Translations under genes and position numbers: made by a program
Part shown: positions 7,033-14,802 of the stretch, piece after piece
How the letters are laid out: the number at the start of each line of letters is the position of its first letter
Numbering within the stretch: position 1 is the stretch's first letter
The notes under the pieces: generated by a model
Seen by the model: only the letters and a program-made list of their open reading frames with translations
Databases searched by the model: none
What the model was told of the DNA's origin: nothing
Source: Lysobacterales bacterium
GTDB lineage: Bacteria; Pseudomonadota; Gammaproteobacteria; Xanthomonadales; Ahniellaceae
Reading direction: 5' to 3'
Length of the DNA stretch: 24,000 nt
NCBI GenBank assembly: GCA_016703225.1
Contig: JADJCM010000002.1
Span: forward strand, 504,106 to 528,105

Positions 7033-7998
7033 ATGCAGGAAACCCTCATCGCCGCCGCCGAACGGCGCGCATCGCGCGATGCGCGCCACGACCGCAGCTT
7101 CCGCTGGATGCTCGCGGGCGCCGGGCTGTTCGTGTTGCTCGCGCTCGGCGGTGCGGCCTTGTCGATGTTGTGGGGCGGGCGCGAAGCGTTCGCGACCTTC
7201 GGCTTCGACTTCATCACCAGCGCGCAATGGGATCCGATCGGCCAGCAGTTCGGCGCATGGGTACCGATCTACGGCACGCTCGTCACCGCGGCGATCGCGA
7301 TGATCATCGCCATCCCGATCAGCTTCGGTATCGCGTTGTTCCTGACCGAAGTCGCACCGACCTGGCTGCGCACGCCGGTCGGTACCGCGATCGAATTGCT
7401 GGCCGGCATTCCGTCGATCATCTACGGCATGTGGGGCCTGTTCGTGTTCGTGCCGATGCTGGCCGAGCATGTTTATCCCTGGGTGGATGCGAACCTCGGC
7501 CAGTGGCCGATCGTCGGCAGCCTGTTCGCCGGGCCGCCGCTCGGCATCGGCACGCTGACCGCGGGCCTGGTGCTGGCGATCATGGTCGTGCCGTTCATCT
7601 CCTCGGTGATGCGCGACGTGTTCCTGACCGTGCCGACGCGACTGAAGGAATCGGCCTATGCACTTGGCTCGACGCGTTGGGAAGTGGTCTGGGATGTGGT
7701 GTTGCCGTACACGCGTTCGGCGGTGATCGGCGGCATCTTCCTCGGCCTTGGGCGTGCGCTCGGCGAGACCATGGCGGTCACCTTCGTGCTCGGCAACGCG
7801 CATGAACTCTCGACCTCGCTGCTGATGCCGGGCAACTCGATCGCCGCCACCATCGCCAACGAATTCGCCGAAGCCGACACCGATCTCTATCGCAGTTCGC
7901 TGATCGCGCTCGGCTTCCTGTTGTTCGTGGTCACTTTCATCGTGCTCGCGGTGGCCAAGCTGATGCTGCGTCAGCTCGCCAAGCGGGAGGGCAGCTGA
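7033..7998 (+). CDS. pstC: Phosphate ABC transporter permease PstC
   Basis: Same frame as tracked ORF 6907..7998. I chose ATG 7033 ([12 protein letters not shown]...) because the upstream part reads through the REP element. The product is a multi-TM permease with the conserved EAAxxLG-type loop ([15 protein letters not shown]). Confidence 0.93.
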   Translation: MQETLIAAAERRASRDARHDRSFRWMLAGAGLFVLLALGGAALSMLWGGREAFATFGFDFITSAQWDPIGQQFGAWVPIYGTLVTAAIAMIIAIPISFGIALFLTEVAPTWLRTPVGTAIELLAGIPSIIYGMWGLFVFVPMLAEHVYPWVDANLGQWPIVGSLFAGPPLGIGTLTAGLVLAIMVVPFISSVMRDVFLTVPTRLKESAYALGSTRWEVVWDVVLPYTRSAVIGGIFLGLGRALGETMAVTFVLGNAHELSTSLLMPGNSIAATIANEFAEADTDLYRSSLIALGFLLFVVTFIVLAVAKLMLRQLAKREGS

Positions 7999-8852
7999 TG
8001 GCCACCGACCTGATTTTCCTGAAGCGCCGCATCATCAATGCCGTCGCGCTGCTGCTCTCGGCCTGCGCCGCCGTGCTCGGGCTGGCCTTCCTCGCCTGGA
8101 TCCTGTGGACGACGCTGAGCAAGGGCATCGCCGCGTTCAGCCCGACCTTGTTCACGCAGATGACGCCGCCACCGGGAGAGGCCGGAGGCCTCGCCAATGG
8201 GTTGTTCGGGAGCCTCGTCATGTGCCTGCTGGCGACCGCGATCGGCACCCCGATCGGCATCGCCGCCGGCACCTTTGTCGCCGAATACGCCGACCGCCAC
8301 TGGGTCGGTACCACCATCCGTTTCGTCAACGACATCCTGTTGTCGGCGCCGTCGATCGTGCTCGGCCTGTTTGTCTACACCCTGGTGGTGCGACCGATGG
8401 GCGGTTTCTCCGGTTTCGCCGGTGCCCTCGCGCTCGCCTTCATCGTGTTGCCGGTGGTGGTGCGCACCACCGACGACATGCTCAAGCTGGTGCCATCGCA
8501 GATGCGCGAAGCCGCGCTCTCGCTCGGCATTCCGCAGTGGAAGGTCACCATGCAGATTCTCTATCGCGCTGCTGCACCCGGCATCGTCACGGGTGTCTTG
8601 CTCGCACTCGCGCGCATCAGCGGCGAGACCGCGCCGCTGCTGTTCACCGCGCTCAACAACCAGTACTGGAGCTCGGACATGAGCGAGCCGATCGCGAGTG
8701 CACCGGTGGTGATCTTCCAGTACGCGATGAGCCCGTTCGAGGACTGGCATGCGCTGGCCTGGGCAGGCGCCTTCATCATCACCGTGTTCGTGCTGGCGCT
8801 GTCGCTGTTCGCGCGCCTGGTGCTGCTTCGAAAACGCGTGGCCCATGACTGA
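7998..8852 (+). CDS. pstA: Phosphate ABC transporter permease PstA
   Basis: 284 aa. The start overlaps the pstC stop (cTGATGg). A permease loop ([14 protein letters not shown]) and several hydrophobic helices are present. Confidence 0.96.
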   Translation: MATDLIFLKRRIINAVALLLSACAAVLGLAFLAWILWTTLSKGIAAFSPTLFTQMTPPPGEAGGLANGLFGSLVMCLLATAIGTPIGIAAGTFVAEYADRHWVGTTIRFVNDILLSAPSIVLGLFVYTLVVRPMGGFSGFAGALALAFIVLPVVVRTTDDMLKLVPSQMREAALSLGIPQWKVTMQILYRAAAPGIVTGVLLALARISGETAPLLFTALNNQYWSSDMSEPIASAPVVIFQYAMSPFEDWHALAWAGAFIITVFVLALSLFARLVLLRKRVAHD

Positions 8853-8944
8853 GCTTCGTGCCGCCTACGTCCCGACGCTGTCGCCGTTCGTGCGTCAGGT
8901 CCTGCTTTGCAAGCGAGTCGCCCATGACTGAGCTCCGTACCGCC
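8808..8944 (+). repeat. Diverged direct duplication of the pstA-3'/pstB-5' junction (8808-8865 vs 8887-8944, offset 79 bp), enclosing a chimeric 28-codon ORF (8845-8931)
   Basis: Hand alignment gives 47 of 58 identical positions, and both copies contain CCCATGACTGAGCT. Copy A encodes [14 protein letters not shown] plus MTELRAA. Copy B encodes [14 protein letters not shown] plus MTELRTA. The mini-ORF reads [28 protein letters not shown]. Confidence 0.8.
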
Positions 8945-9727
8945 GTTGCCGCCCGCGCTGCCGGGCCGACCACCGCCACCAAGATGTCGGTGCGTCGCCT
9001 GAACTTCCATTACGGCGATTTCCACGCCATCAAGGACGTCAGCCTCGACATTCCCGAAAAGCGTGTCACCGCGATGATCGGCCCGAGCGGCTGCGGCAAG
9101 AGCACCCTGCTGCGCGTGTTCAACCGCATCTATTCGATCTATCCCGGCCAGAAGGCCAGCGGCGAGGCCCTGCTCGACGGCGAGAACATCCTCGACGCGC
9201 GCTACTCGGTGAATCGCCTGCGCGCCAAGGTCGGCATGGTGTTCCAGAAGCCGGTGCCGTTCCCGATGTCGATCCACGACAACATCGCCTATGGCATCAT
9301 GCACTACGAGCGGCTGAACAAGGCCGAGATGGCGGAGCGTGTCGAGCAGGCCCTGCGTCAGGCAGCGTTGTGGGACGAGGTGAAGGACAAGCTGAAGCAG
9401 AGCGCGAACGGGCTTTCCGGTGGCCAGCAGCAGCGACTGTGCATCGCGCGTGCGATCGCGCTGAAACCGGACGTGCTGCTGCTCGACGAGCCGACCTCGG
9501 CGCTCGATCCGATCGCGACCGGGCGCATCGAGCAGCTGATCGCCGAGTTGCGCAACGACTTCACCATCGTCATCGTCACCCACAACATGCAGCAGGCCGC
9601 GCGCTGCTCGGACTTCACTGCCTTCATGTACCTCGGCGAGCTGATCGAACACGGCGTCACCGAACAGATCTTCACCCAGCCCAAGGTGCAGCGCACCGAG
9701 GACTACATCACCGGCCGCTTCGGCTGA
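8924..9727 (+). CDS. pstB: Phosphate ABC transporter ATP-binding protein PstB
   Basis: Same frame as tracked ORF 8858..9727, with the start set at ATG 8924 ([11 protein letters not shown]...). Walker A is GPSGCGKST, the signature is LSGGQQQRL and Walker B is [11 protein letters not shown]. The product is 267 aa. Confidence 0.95.
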   Translation: MTELRTAVAARAAGPTTATKMSVRRLNFHYGDFHAIKDVSLDIPEKRVTAMIGPSGCGKSTLLRVFNRIYSIYPGQKASGEALLDGENILDARYSVNRLRAKVGMVFQKPVPFPMSIHDNIAYGIMHYERLNKAEMAERVEQALRQAALWDEVKDKLKQSANGLSGGQQQRLCIARAIALKPDVLLLDEPTSALDPIATGRIEQLIAELRNDFTIVIVTHNMQQAARCSDFTAFMYLGELIEHGVTEQIFTQPKVQRTEDYITGRFG

Positions 9728-9737
9728 GGACTGCGCC

Positions 9738-10436
9738 ATGCCGAATGACCACATCGTCAAGAGCTACGACAACGAACTCGCGCGCCTGACCGAGGAGATC
9801 GCGCGCATGGGCGACCTGGCGTGCGCGCAACTGCGCGCTGCTGCCAAGGCGCTGGATGCACGCGACGCCGACGCCGCACGTGCGGTGATGGCCGCGGACG
9901 CCACCATCGACGCGCTGGAGCACGAGGTCAGCCACGACGTGATCCGCCTGCTCGCGCTGCGCCAGCCGATGGCGCGCGACCTGCGCGAGGTGATGGCGGC
10001 ATTGCGCATCAGTGCCGACATCGAACGCATCGGCGACTACGCCAAGAACGTCGCCAAGCGCACCTTGGCACTGAAGGACGCGCCGCAGATCGCCGCCACG
10101 CGCGCCCTCGCCTCGCTCGCGCAATTGGCCCAGGAACTGGTTGCCGAGACCATCGTCGCCTACCGCGAACGCAATGCCGAGCGCGCCATGCGGGTGCGCG
10201 CACGCGACGCCGAACTCGACGCCGAATACACCCAGCTGTTCCGCTCGCTGCTCACGTACATGATGGAAGACCCGCGCAACATCAGCGCCTGCACGCACCT
10301 GCTGTTCGCGGCCAAGAACATCGAACGCATCGGCGACCACGCCACCAACATCGCCGAATACGTCTGGTTCATCGAACACGGCGAGCGCGAAATGCCCGAG
10401 CGCGAGAAGCGCGACACCACCATCGAGGCGCGTTGA
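9738..10436 (+). CDS. phoU: Phosphate signalling complex protein PhoU
   Basis: 232 aa. It has the duplicated PhoU motif (ADIERIGDYAKNVA and KNIERIGDHATNIA). GAGGA lies upstream of the ATG, 10 nt after pstB. Confidence 0.97.
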   Translation: MPNDHIVKSYDNELARLTEEIARMGDLACAQLRAAAKALDARDADAARAVMAADATIDALEHEVSHDVIRLLALRQPMARDLREVMAALRISADIERIGDYAKNVAKRTLALKDAPQIAATRALASLAQLAQELVAETIVAYRERNAERAMRVRARDAELDAEYTQLFRSLLTYMMEDPRNISACTHLLFAAKNIERIGDHATNIAEYVWFIEHGEREMPEREKRDTTIEAR

Positions 10437-10476
10437 GCGCGCCCGGGATTCGGAGTTCCATGGAGGTTTCTCCGGC

Positions 10477-10551
10477 TCAGGCGGCGATATCCACGTAGTC
10501 GACCACGCTGACTGCTTGCGGGATTGATCTCGGCGCTCGTCGCGACGGGTG
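10477..10551 (-). pseudogene. 3' remnant of a second hicB-family antitoxin gene
   Basis: The minus-strand reading is ...HPSRRAPRSIPQAVSVVDYVDIAA*, against the intact HicB C-terminus ...GLPIPPPASVVDYVNIAA*. At DNA level 10477-10510 matches 11577-11610 at 31 of 34 positions, offset exactly 1100 bp, and weaker similarity continues to ~10565. No start codon or N-terminal part is present. Confidence 0.6.
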
Positions 10552-11298
10552 CTAGTCCTCCCGCAGGGAACTGGCGACCCAGCCTGCCAGTGCGGCGTCC
10601 CCGGATTTCGCTCCACCAAAGGAGGACAAGCCGCCAGACCTGTGCGCCACCAAGACGCCGGTCGGCGCTACCAATGCCAGGCCTGGATACGTCTTGACGC
10701 CAACGGTGTCGATGTAAGACTGCGCCTCAGCCACAACTGGCCAAGCGAGGCCGTACTTGTCGACGAACGCCTTGGAGTCAAGTGCGGAGTCGAAAGTGAC
10801 TGCGACGACATCAATTCCCGGATTGGATCGCGCAAAGGCGTTGAGATCCGGGACCTCCTGTACACAGGGGGCGCACTCCGAGAAGAAGAAACTGATCAAC
10901 AGTGGTTTGCCGTCGCCAGGGTAGAGGCTGCGTGAACGACCGGAAAGGTCCGATAGAGCTGCTTTCGGCATGGTCTTGCCGATGCCAATGGAAAGCCCTG
11001 CCTGCTGAGTTACCCGCGCTGCATCGGCAATGGGCCTGATCGCCAGTACGGCCTCGTGGGTATCGGGATTCTTTTCCGTCAGAAATGCACGGCCAGAAAA
11101 TGCGAGCTTGAAGAACTGCTCCGAGGAAATTTCGGCGCCATCGCCGGAAAGGTAGGTGATGGTCGTGTATTCGGAAAGGCCCATGTTTTCCATGAAGGCT
11201 TTCGATGGTGTCGCCGCCGCGTATAGTTGCCACGACCCTGCGATGGAGCCAACGATCAGCAGTAGCGCGGAAACGCGTTTGAAATGGTGCAGTGACAC
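10552..11298 (-). CDS. Membrane-anchored thioredoxin-fold thiol:disulfide oxidoreductase (TlpA/ResA-like redoxin)
   Basis: Same frame as tracked ORF 10552..11361. GTG 11298 is preceded by GGGAGG with 5-nt spacing. The N-terminal anchor is SALLLIVGSIAGSW. The CxxC active site lies in a redoxin context: LLISFFFSECAPCVQEVPDLNAF...GIDVVAVTFD...YPGLALVAP. The gene looks lower in GC than its neighbours (by eye). Confidence 0.8.
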   Translation of the reverse strand: MSLHHFKRVSALLLIVGSIAGSWQLYAAATPSKAFMENMGLSEYTTITYLSGDGAEISSEQFFKLAFSGRAFLTEKNPDTHEAVLAIRPIADAARVTQQAGLSIGIGKTMPKAALSDLSGRSRSLYPGDGKPLLISFFFSECAPCVQEVPDLNAFARSNPGIDVVAVTFDSALDSKAFVDKYGLAWPVVAEAQSYIDTVGVKTYPGLALVAPTGVLVAHRSGGLSSFGGAKSGDAALAGWVASSLRED

Positions 11299-11452
11299 GG
11301 ATGCCTCCCAAGAAACAAAACGCCGGTTCGGCCGCCGCCGCGGCGCACGAGGGGATCTCAAGAGCGAGCTGACGCCAATTGTCCGACCGAAGCGTCGGGC
11401 TGAAGGGCGGAGTCTGTGATGGCTGGAGTTGGCCGGTCAAGGAGTTCGCGGG

Positions 11453-11483
11453 AAAAGCCCACGGCTTGCGCGGGGCTTTTTTT
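11453..11483 (-). terminator. Weak bidirectional hairpin with flanking A/T runs downstream of hicB (possible terminator)
   Basis: AAAAGCCC (11453-11460), a 12-nt loop, then GGGCTTTT (11473-11480) followed by TTT. An overlapping alternative stem pairs GCCCACGGC with GCCGTGGGT. It lies ~95 nt after the hicB stop on the minus strand. The stem is short. Confidence 0.3.
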
Positions 11484-11576
11484 GCCGTGGGTGCCGGTGG
11501 GTGCGCCGCGATGCTCGGGGATGTGTGGCCGCGACCGCCGTGTCTGGATGGCCGCCATTGGACCAAGCGCTTTGAT

Positions 11577-11789
11577 TCAGGCGGCGATATTCACGTAGTC
11601 AACGACGCTGGCCGGTGGCGGGATCGGGAGGCCGTCCTCGCGCATGCCTTCCAGATGGAACGCGATGGCTTCGCTGATCTCCCGCTCCACGTCGGCGATG
11701 GAGTTGCCGGTTGCGACGCACCCCGGCAGGTCCGGAACGTAGGCAGAGAAATTGTCTCCGGCCTTTTCGATCACGATGGCGTAGCGCAT
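11577..11789 (-). CDS. hicB: Type II antitoxin, HicB family
   Basis: 70 aa, MRYAIVIEKAGDNFSAYVPDLPGCVATGNSIADVEREISEAIAFHLEGM..., the classic HicB N-terminal fold motif. A GGAGG RBS is present. The gene starts 4 nt after the hicA stop. Confidence 0.88.
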   Translation of the reverse strand: MRYAIVIEKAGDNFSAYVPDLPGCVATGNSIADVEREISEAIAFHLEGMREDGLPIPPPASVVDYVNIAA

Positions 11790-11793
11790 GGCA

Positions 11794-11982
11794 TCACCTC
11801 CTGAGGCCCGCTTGCTTATAGATGCTGATCAGGGTTCCGGGCGCGAGATCGTCGCTCGGCTTGCCTGACACCGTAACACGCCCAGGTTTGGTCGCGTGCT
11901 TGAACTGACGGTGACTGCCTCGTGTTGCGACGAGCACCCAGCCATCTTCATGAAGCAAGCGAATGACGTCGGCAACCTTCAT
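11794..11982 (-). CDS. hicA: Type II toxin, HicA family mRNA interferase
   Basis: 62 aa, MKVADVIRLLHEDGWVLVATRGSHRQFKH...GRVTVSGKPSDDLAPGTLISIYKQAGL. This matches the HicA signature (GSH.xF.h, TvP.H). Confidence 0.9.
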   Translation of the reverse strand: MKVADVIRLLHEDGWVLVATRGSHRQFKHATKPGRVTVSGKPSDDLAPGTLISIYKQAGLRR

Positions 11983-12033
11983 GCGTCGAGACTACATTTG
12001 GATCGGTGGTTTCGGTGCATTCGCCGTTGGCCA

Positions 12034-12861
12034 TCACTCGAATCCGTCGTGGAACAGGTCGTCGATGACCAGGGTGTGCTGGTTGGCGTCGGCGCAGGAG
12101 GTCTGGGCCGGGAGGTTGTAGGCGTTGCCGTGGTACTTCGCTACCCAGCGCCAGGTGCCGACGTAGGTGGGGGCGTAGGCGCCCGAGACGTAGTTGCCGT
12201 TGGCGCTGATCGCCAGGTTGCCGCTGTAGGCGGCCGCGCTGCAGCCGGTGTCGCCGGGGGAGTGCAGGGAGAAGCTGATGCGTCCCGATGGAAATCTCGC
12301 GGCCGACAGCGTCGCCTGGTCGATGGTGTTGTTGCCGAGCTGGATCGGGCTCGCTGCCACGCCGCTGATCGCCGGCTGGTTGGCGAGCACGGCGCCGGTG
12401 ACGGCGGCGCAGGTGCGGGTGAAAAAGCTGCAGGTGCTGACGCATTCGTTGTTCAGCGTGCATGGGCAGCCATCGTCGCTGAGGTCATAGGCATTGCCGA
12501 GGCTGCATACCGGCGGGTCCGGGTCGGGCGTGTAGCCACCGCATTCGTGGCCGGAGGTGCCGCCACAAACCCCCTTGCAGTCGATGTTGGCATTGCACGC
12601 GCAGCCGTCGGCGCTGAGGTCCTGACCGTTGCCGACCGGTGCGCAGTAGCTGGCGTTGGTCACGGCGCCGCAGAAGCCACCGCTGCACACGCCGATGCAA
12701 TTGATGTTGCCGGTGCAGGGGCAGCCATCGGAACTCATGTCGGACGTGTTGCCGGGATAGCACACGACCAGCGACGTGCTGCCCAGGGGCGATGCTGAGG
12801 CCGCGGCGGGCGCGGACCCGCAGACCAGCAATAGGACGGCCAATATCGGCGAAGCGCGCAT
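12034..12861 (-). CDS. Secreted cysteine-rich repeat protein with an Ig-like C-terminal domain (function unknown)
   Basis: 275 aa, with a GGAGG RBS 5 nt upstream of ATG 12861. The signal peptide is MRASPILAVLLLVCGSAPAAASA|SP. Three 6-Cys repeats follow. A beta-rich domain comes next (GNLAISANGNYVSGAYAPTYVGTWRWVAKYHGNAYNLPAQTSC), resembling bacterial Ig-like repeat domains. The protein ends in DDLFHDGFE*. Confidence 0.75.
   Translation of the reverse strand: MRASPILAVLLLVCGSAPAAASASPLGSTSLVVCYPGNTSDMSSDGCPCTGNINCIGVCSGGFCGAVTNASYCAPVGNGQDLSADGCACNANIDCKGVCGGTSGHECGGYTPDPDPPVCSLGNAYDLSDDGCPCTLNNECVSTCSFFTRTCAAVTGAVLANQPAISGVAASPIQLGNNTIDQATLSAARFPSGRISFSLHSPGDTGCSAAAYSGNLAISANGNYVSGAYAPTYVGTWRWVAKYHGNAYNLPAQTSCADANQHTLVIDDLFHDGFE
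12409..12762 (-). repeat. Three tandem 6-cysteine repeats, pattern C-x12/13-C-x-C-x5-C-x3-C-x4-7-C
   Basis: The three repeats are CYPGNTSDMSSDGCPCTGNINCIGVCSGGFC, CAPVGNGQDLSADGCACNANIDCKGVCGGTSGHEC and CSLGNAYDLSDDGCPCTLNNECVSTCSFFTRTC. All share a D-x-S-x-DGC-x-C core (residues 34-151). Confidence 0.75.
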
Positions 12862-12928
12862 GCAACCTCCGGGGCAGGTTAGGGCGCGATTGTGCGCCCA
12901 CTGTGCCCGGGCTGCCTGTGTCCGGCAT

Positions 12929-12945
12929 CACCCCTGCGAGGGGTG
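12929..12945 (-). terminator. 7-bp stem / 3-nt loop hairpin immediately after the Hpt gene stop (possible terminator, no U-tract)
   Basis: CACCCCT-gcg-AGGGGTG, lying 2 nt downstream (minus sense) of the stop at 12948-12950. Confidence 0.3.
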
Positions 12946-12947
12946 GG

Positions 12948-13301
12948 CTACTGGAACACCTCGGCACCGAGCTCGTCGGCGGCCGCCTGCCAGCGCACGC
13001 GCAGCTCGACGAACAGCTTCTTCAGTGCGACGTCGTCGAGCTGCTTCTCGGCCGCGTGTTCGATCTGCCAGCAGATGTCGGCGATGCGCACGGCGCCGAT
13101 GCCGAGCGCACCCGAGCGCAAGTAATGCGCACTTTGGCGCAGGCCCTTGGCGTCGGCCTTGACGATCGCGTCCTGGATTTTCTGCACCAGGCGTGGCGAC
13201 TCGGACAGGAAGGTGCCGGCGATCTTGCCGAGCATGTCGGCACCCTTGTTGCGGTCCAACATGCGGATCTGTTCCAGCGCTGCGCGGTCAATCTCGCTCA
13301 T
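12948..13301 (-). CDS. Single-domain histidine phosphotransfer (Hpt) protein
   Basis: Same frame as tracked ORF 12948..13337. ATG 13301 has GGAG 7 nt upstream. The Hpt signature surrounds the phosphorylatable His: LRQSAHYLRSGALGIGAVRIADICWQIE. The product is 117 aa. Confidence 0.8.
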   Translation of the reverse strand: MSEIDRAALEQIRMLDRNKGADMLGKIAGTFLSESPRLVQKIQDAIVKADAKGLRQSAHYLRSGALGIGAVRIADICWQIEHAAEKQLDDVALKKLFVELRVRWQAAADELGAEVFQ

Positions 13302-13425
13302 GGTGTGCTCCGAGTCCGCAGGGTGCATCCATGCCATGCCGCGGTCGTGCCCGCAATGCCGATTCCGGCAGATGGCCCGCAGTTCAATGTGGCGCCACCA
13401 TTGTTGGCGAGCGTGAGGGTGGGCC

Positions 13426-14271
13426 TCAGCCGCGGACTGCGGCCGGGCCTTGCTGCTGCCACTTCAGGCGCGTGTAGGCGATGCGGAATTGCTGGCGCTC
13501 GGCGTTGCGCTGCGAGGCGCTGCCGGGTTCGGTGGCCATCATCGCGAGCGGGCAGTGGTGGCGTGCGGCGTAATCCAGGCGCGCGGCGAGCAGGGCGGTC
13601 TGTGCACCGTGGTTGCGGGCCGATGGAATGGTGCTGGCGCCGGCCAGCAGGGCGATGCCGTCGCCCAGGAACAGCGAGGCGCTGGCGACCGGTCGGCCGT
13701 CGAGTTCGGCGAGAAAGCTGACCATGCGCTCGGCCGGGACGATGGCGCGGCTGAGGTCGCGGATGAAGCGCCCGACCTCGTCCGATTCGCTGCCCCAGCC
13801 GGCGGCAGCGACCTCGGCCCAGACTTCGGTTTCGCTCGGGTCGATCGCCCGCACGCGCAGCGCCGCGTCCATGTGCGGTGCCGCCTGCACGCCGCCGGCG
13901 CTCGGTCGGCAGAGCGCCGAACTCAACTCGACGATGCGGTAGTGACGCTGCTGCAAGGTGGCGATCGTGTGGATTCCTGCCAGCGGCGAAATCTCCAGCA
14001 CGGTCTGGGTCGAGTGGCCGCGGAAGAACGCCTCGATCGCGTCCAGCTCATGCCCGTTCGGATCGTCGTAGAGACCGAAGCCGAAGGCTTGGGTCATCGG
14101 CGAGCCGGCGCCGTCGAACATCGCGCAGCTGCCGCCGAAATCGTGCCAGCAGGACTTCGACTGCGGCTGCAGCCTTGCGCGTGACTGCACGATGGCCGCG
14201 CAGGCCAGTCCCTCGGTGCGTTCGAGCCTGCGGGCGAGATCGCGGTCGGCGTGTGGGTGCGGGTGTTGCAT
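13426..14271 (-). CDS. GNAT-family N-acetyltransferase
   Basis: Same frame as tracked ORF 13426..14529, which overlaps ybeY upstream. ATG 14271 (MQHPHPHADRDLARRLERTEG...) lies 14 nt after the ybeY stop. The C-terminal acetyl-CoA motif region is LLAGASTIPSARNHGAQTALLAARLDYAARHHC...SQRNAERQQFRIAYTR. Confidence 0.8.
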   Translation of the reverse strand: MQHPHPHADRDLARRLERTEGLACAAIVQSRARLQPQSKSCWHDFGGSCAMFDGAGSPMTQAFGFGLYDDPNGHELDAIEAFFRGHSTQTVLEISPLAGIHTIATLQQRHYRIVELSSALCRPSAGGVQAAPHMDAALRVRAIDPSETEVWAEVAAAGWGSESDEVGRFIRDLSRAIVPAERMVSFLAELDGRPVASASLFLGDGIALLAGASTIPSARNHGAQTALLAARLDYAARHHCPLAMMATEPGSASQRNAERQQFRIAYTRLKWQQQGPAAVRG

Positions 14272-14285
14272 CGCGGTCTTCCGGG

Positions 14286-14753
14286 TCAGGCGGACGCGTA
14301 TGGATCGGCGATGCCGAGCGAGGCCAGCAGCTTCGTCTCCAGCGCTTCCATGGGTTCGGCTTCGGCCTCGTCGATGTGGTCGTGACCGAGCAGGTGCAGG
14401 GTGCCGTGGACGACCATGTGCGCGTAATGGTCGCGCAGGGTCTTGCCCTGTTCCTTCGCTTCGCGCGCGACCACCGGTGCGCAGATCGCGAGGTCGCCGA
14501 GCAGTGGCGAGCGCATGCCCGGCGGCCATTCGCTGGGGAAGGACAGCACATTGGTCGCGTAGTCCTTGCCGCGGAAGTCGCGATTGAGCTGGCGACCGGT
14601 GCGCGCGTCGGTAATCAGCACATGGATCTCGCTGGCGCGCCGGTGCTTCGCGCCGCGCAGTGCCAGTTCGATCCAGGCGCGGAACGAACGCGCCGCCGGC
14701 AGGCCCTTCCAGCCGATGTCGCTGCGGATGTGCAAGGTGAGCTTCGAGTTCAC
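14286..14753 (-). CDS. ybeY: rRNA maturation endoribonuclease YbeY
   Basis: 155 aa with a GTG start. Contains the YATNVLSFP and zinc-binding [11 protein letters not shown] motifs. Confidence 0.93.
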   Translation of the reverse strand: MNSKLTLHIRSDIGWKGLPAARSFRAWIELALRGAKHRRASEIHVLITDARTGRQLNRDFRGKDYATNVLSFPSEWPPGMRSPLLGDLAICAPVVAREAKEQGKTLRDHYAHMVVHGTLHLLGHDHIDEAEAEPMEALETKLLASLGIADPYASA

Positions 14754-14802
14754 GGCGAAGCGCCCTTCGACAAGCTCAGGGCGAACGGGCGCTTTTGGCT
14801 CA

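Noticed and set aside
8858-8923. Upstream extension of pstB (tracked start 8858, [10 protein letters not shown]...)
   Set aside because: The extension reads through the duplicated junction in a non-native frame. ATG 8924 reproduces the ATGACTGA coupling seen at the pstA end and gives a normal-length PstB.
4750-10619. Long minus-strand ORFs antisense to the porin/pst/phoU genes (4750..5931, 5849..6955, 6886..7803, 7971..8846, 8561..9760, 9708..10619) and the alternative + frames inside them
   Set aside because: Every one overlaps a + strand gene with strong family motifs (PstS, PstC, PstA, PstB Walker boxes, PhoU repeats). Their translations are compositionally biased and lack motifs.
13386-13402. 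Near-palindrome AATGTGGCGCCACCATT between the GNAT and Hpt genes, as a possible operator
   Set aside because: It is a single imperfect copy built around a GC-rich 8-mer (TGGCGCCA) that is expected often in this composition, and there is no second site or known consensus.
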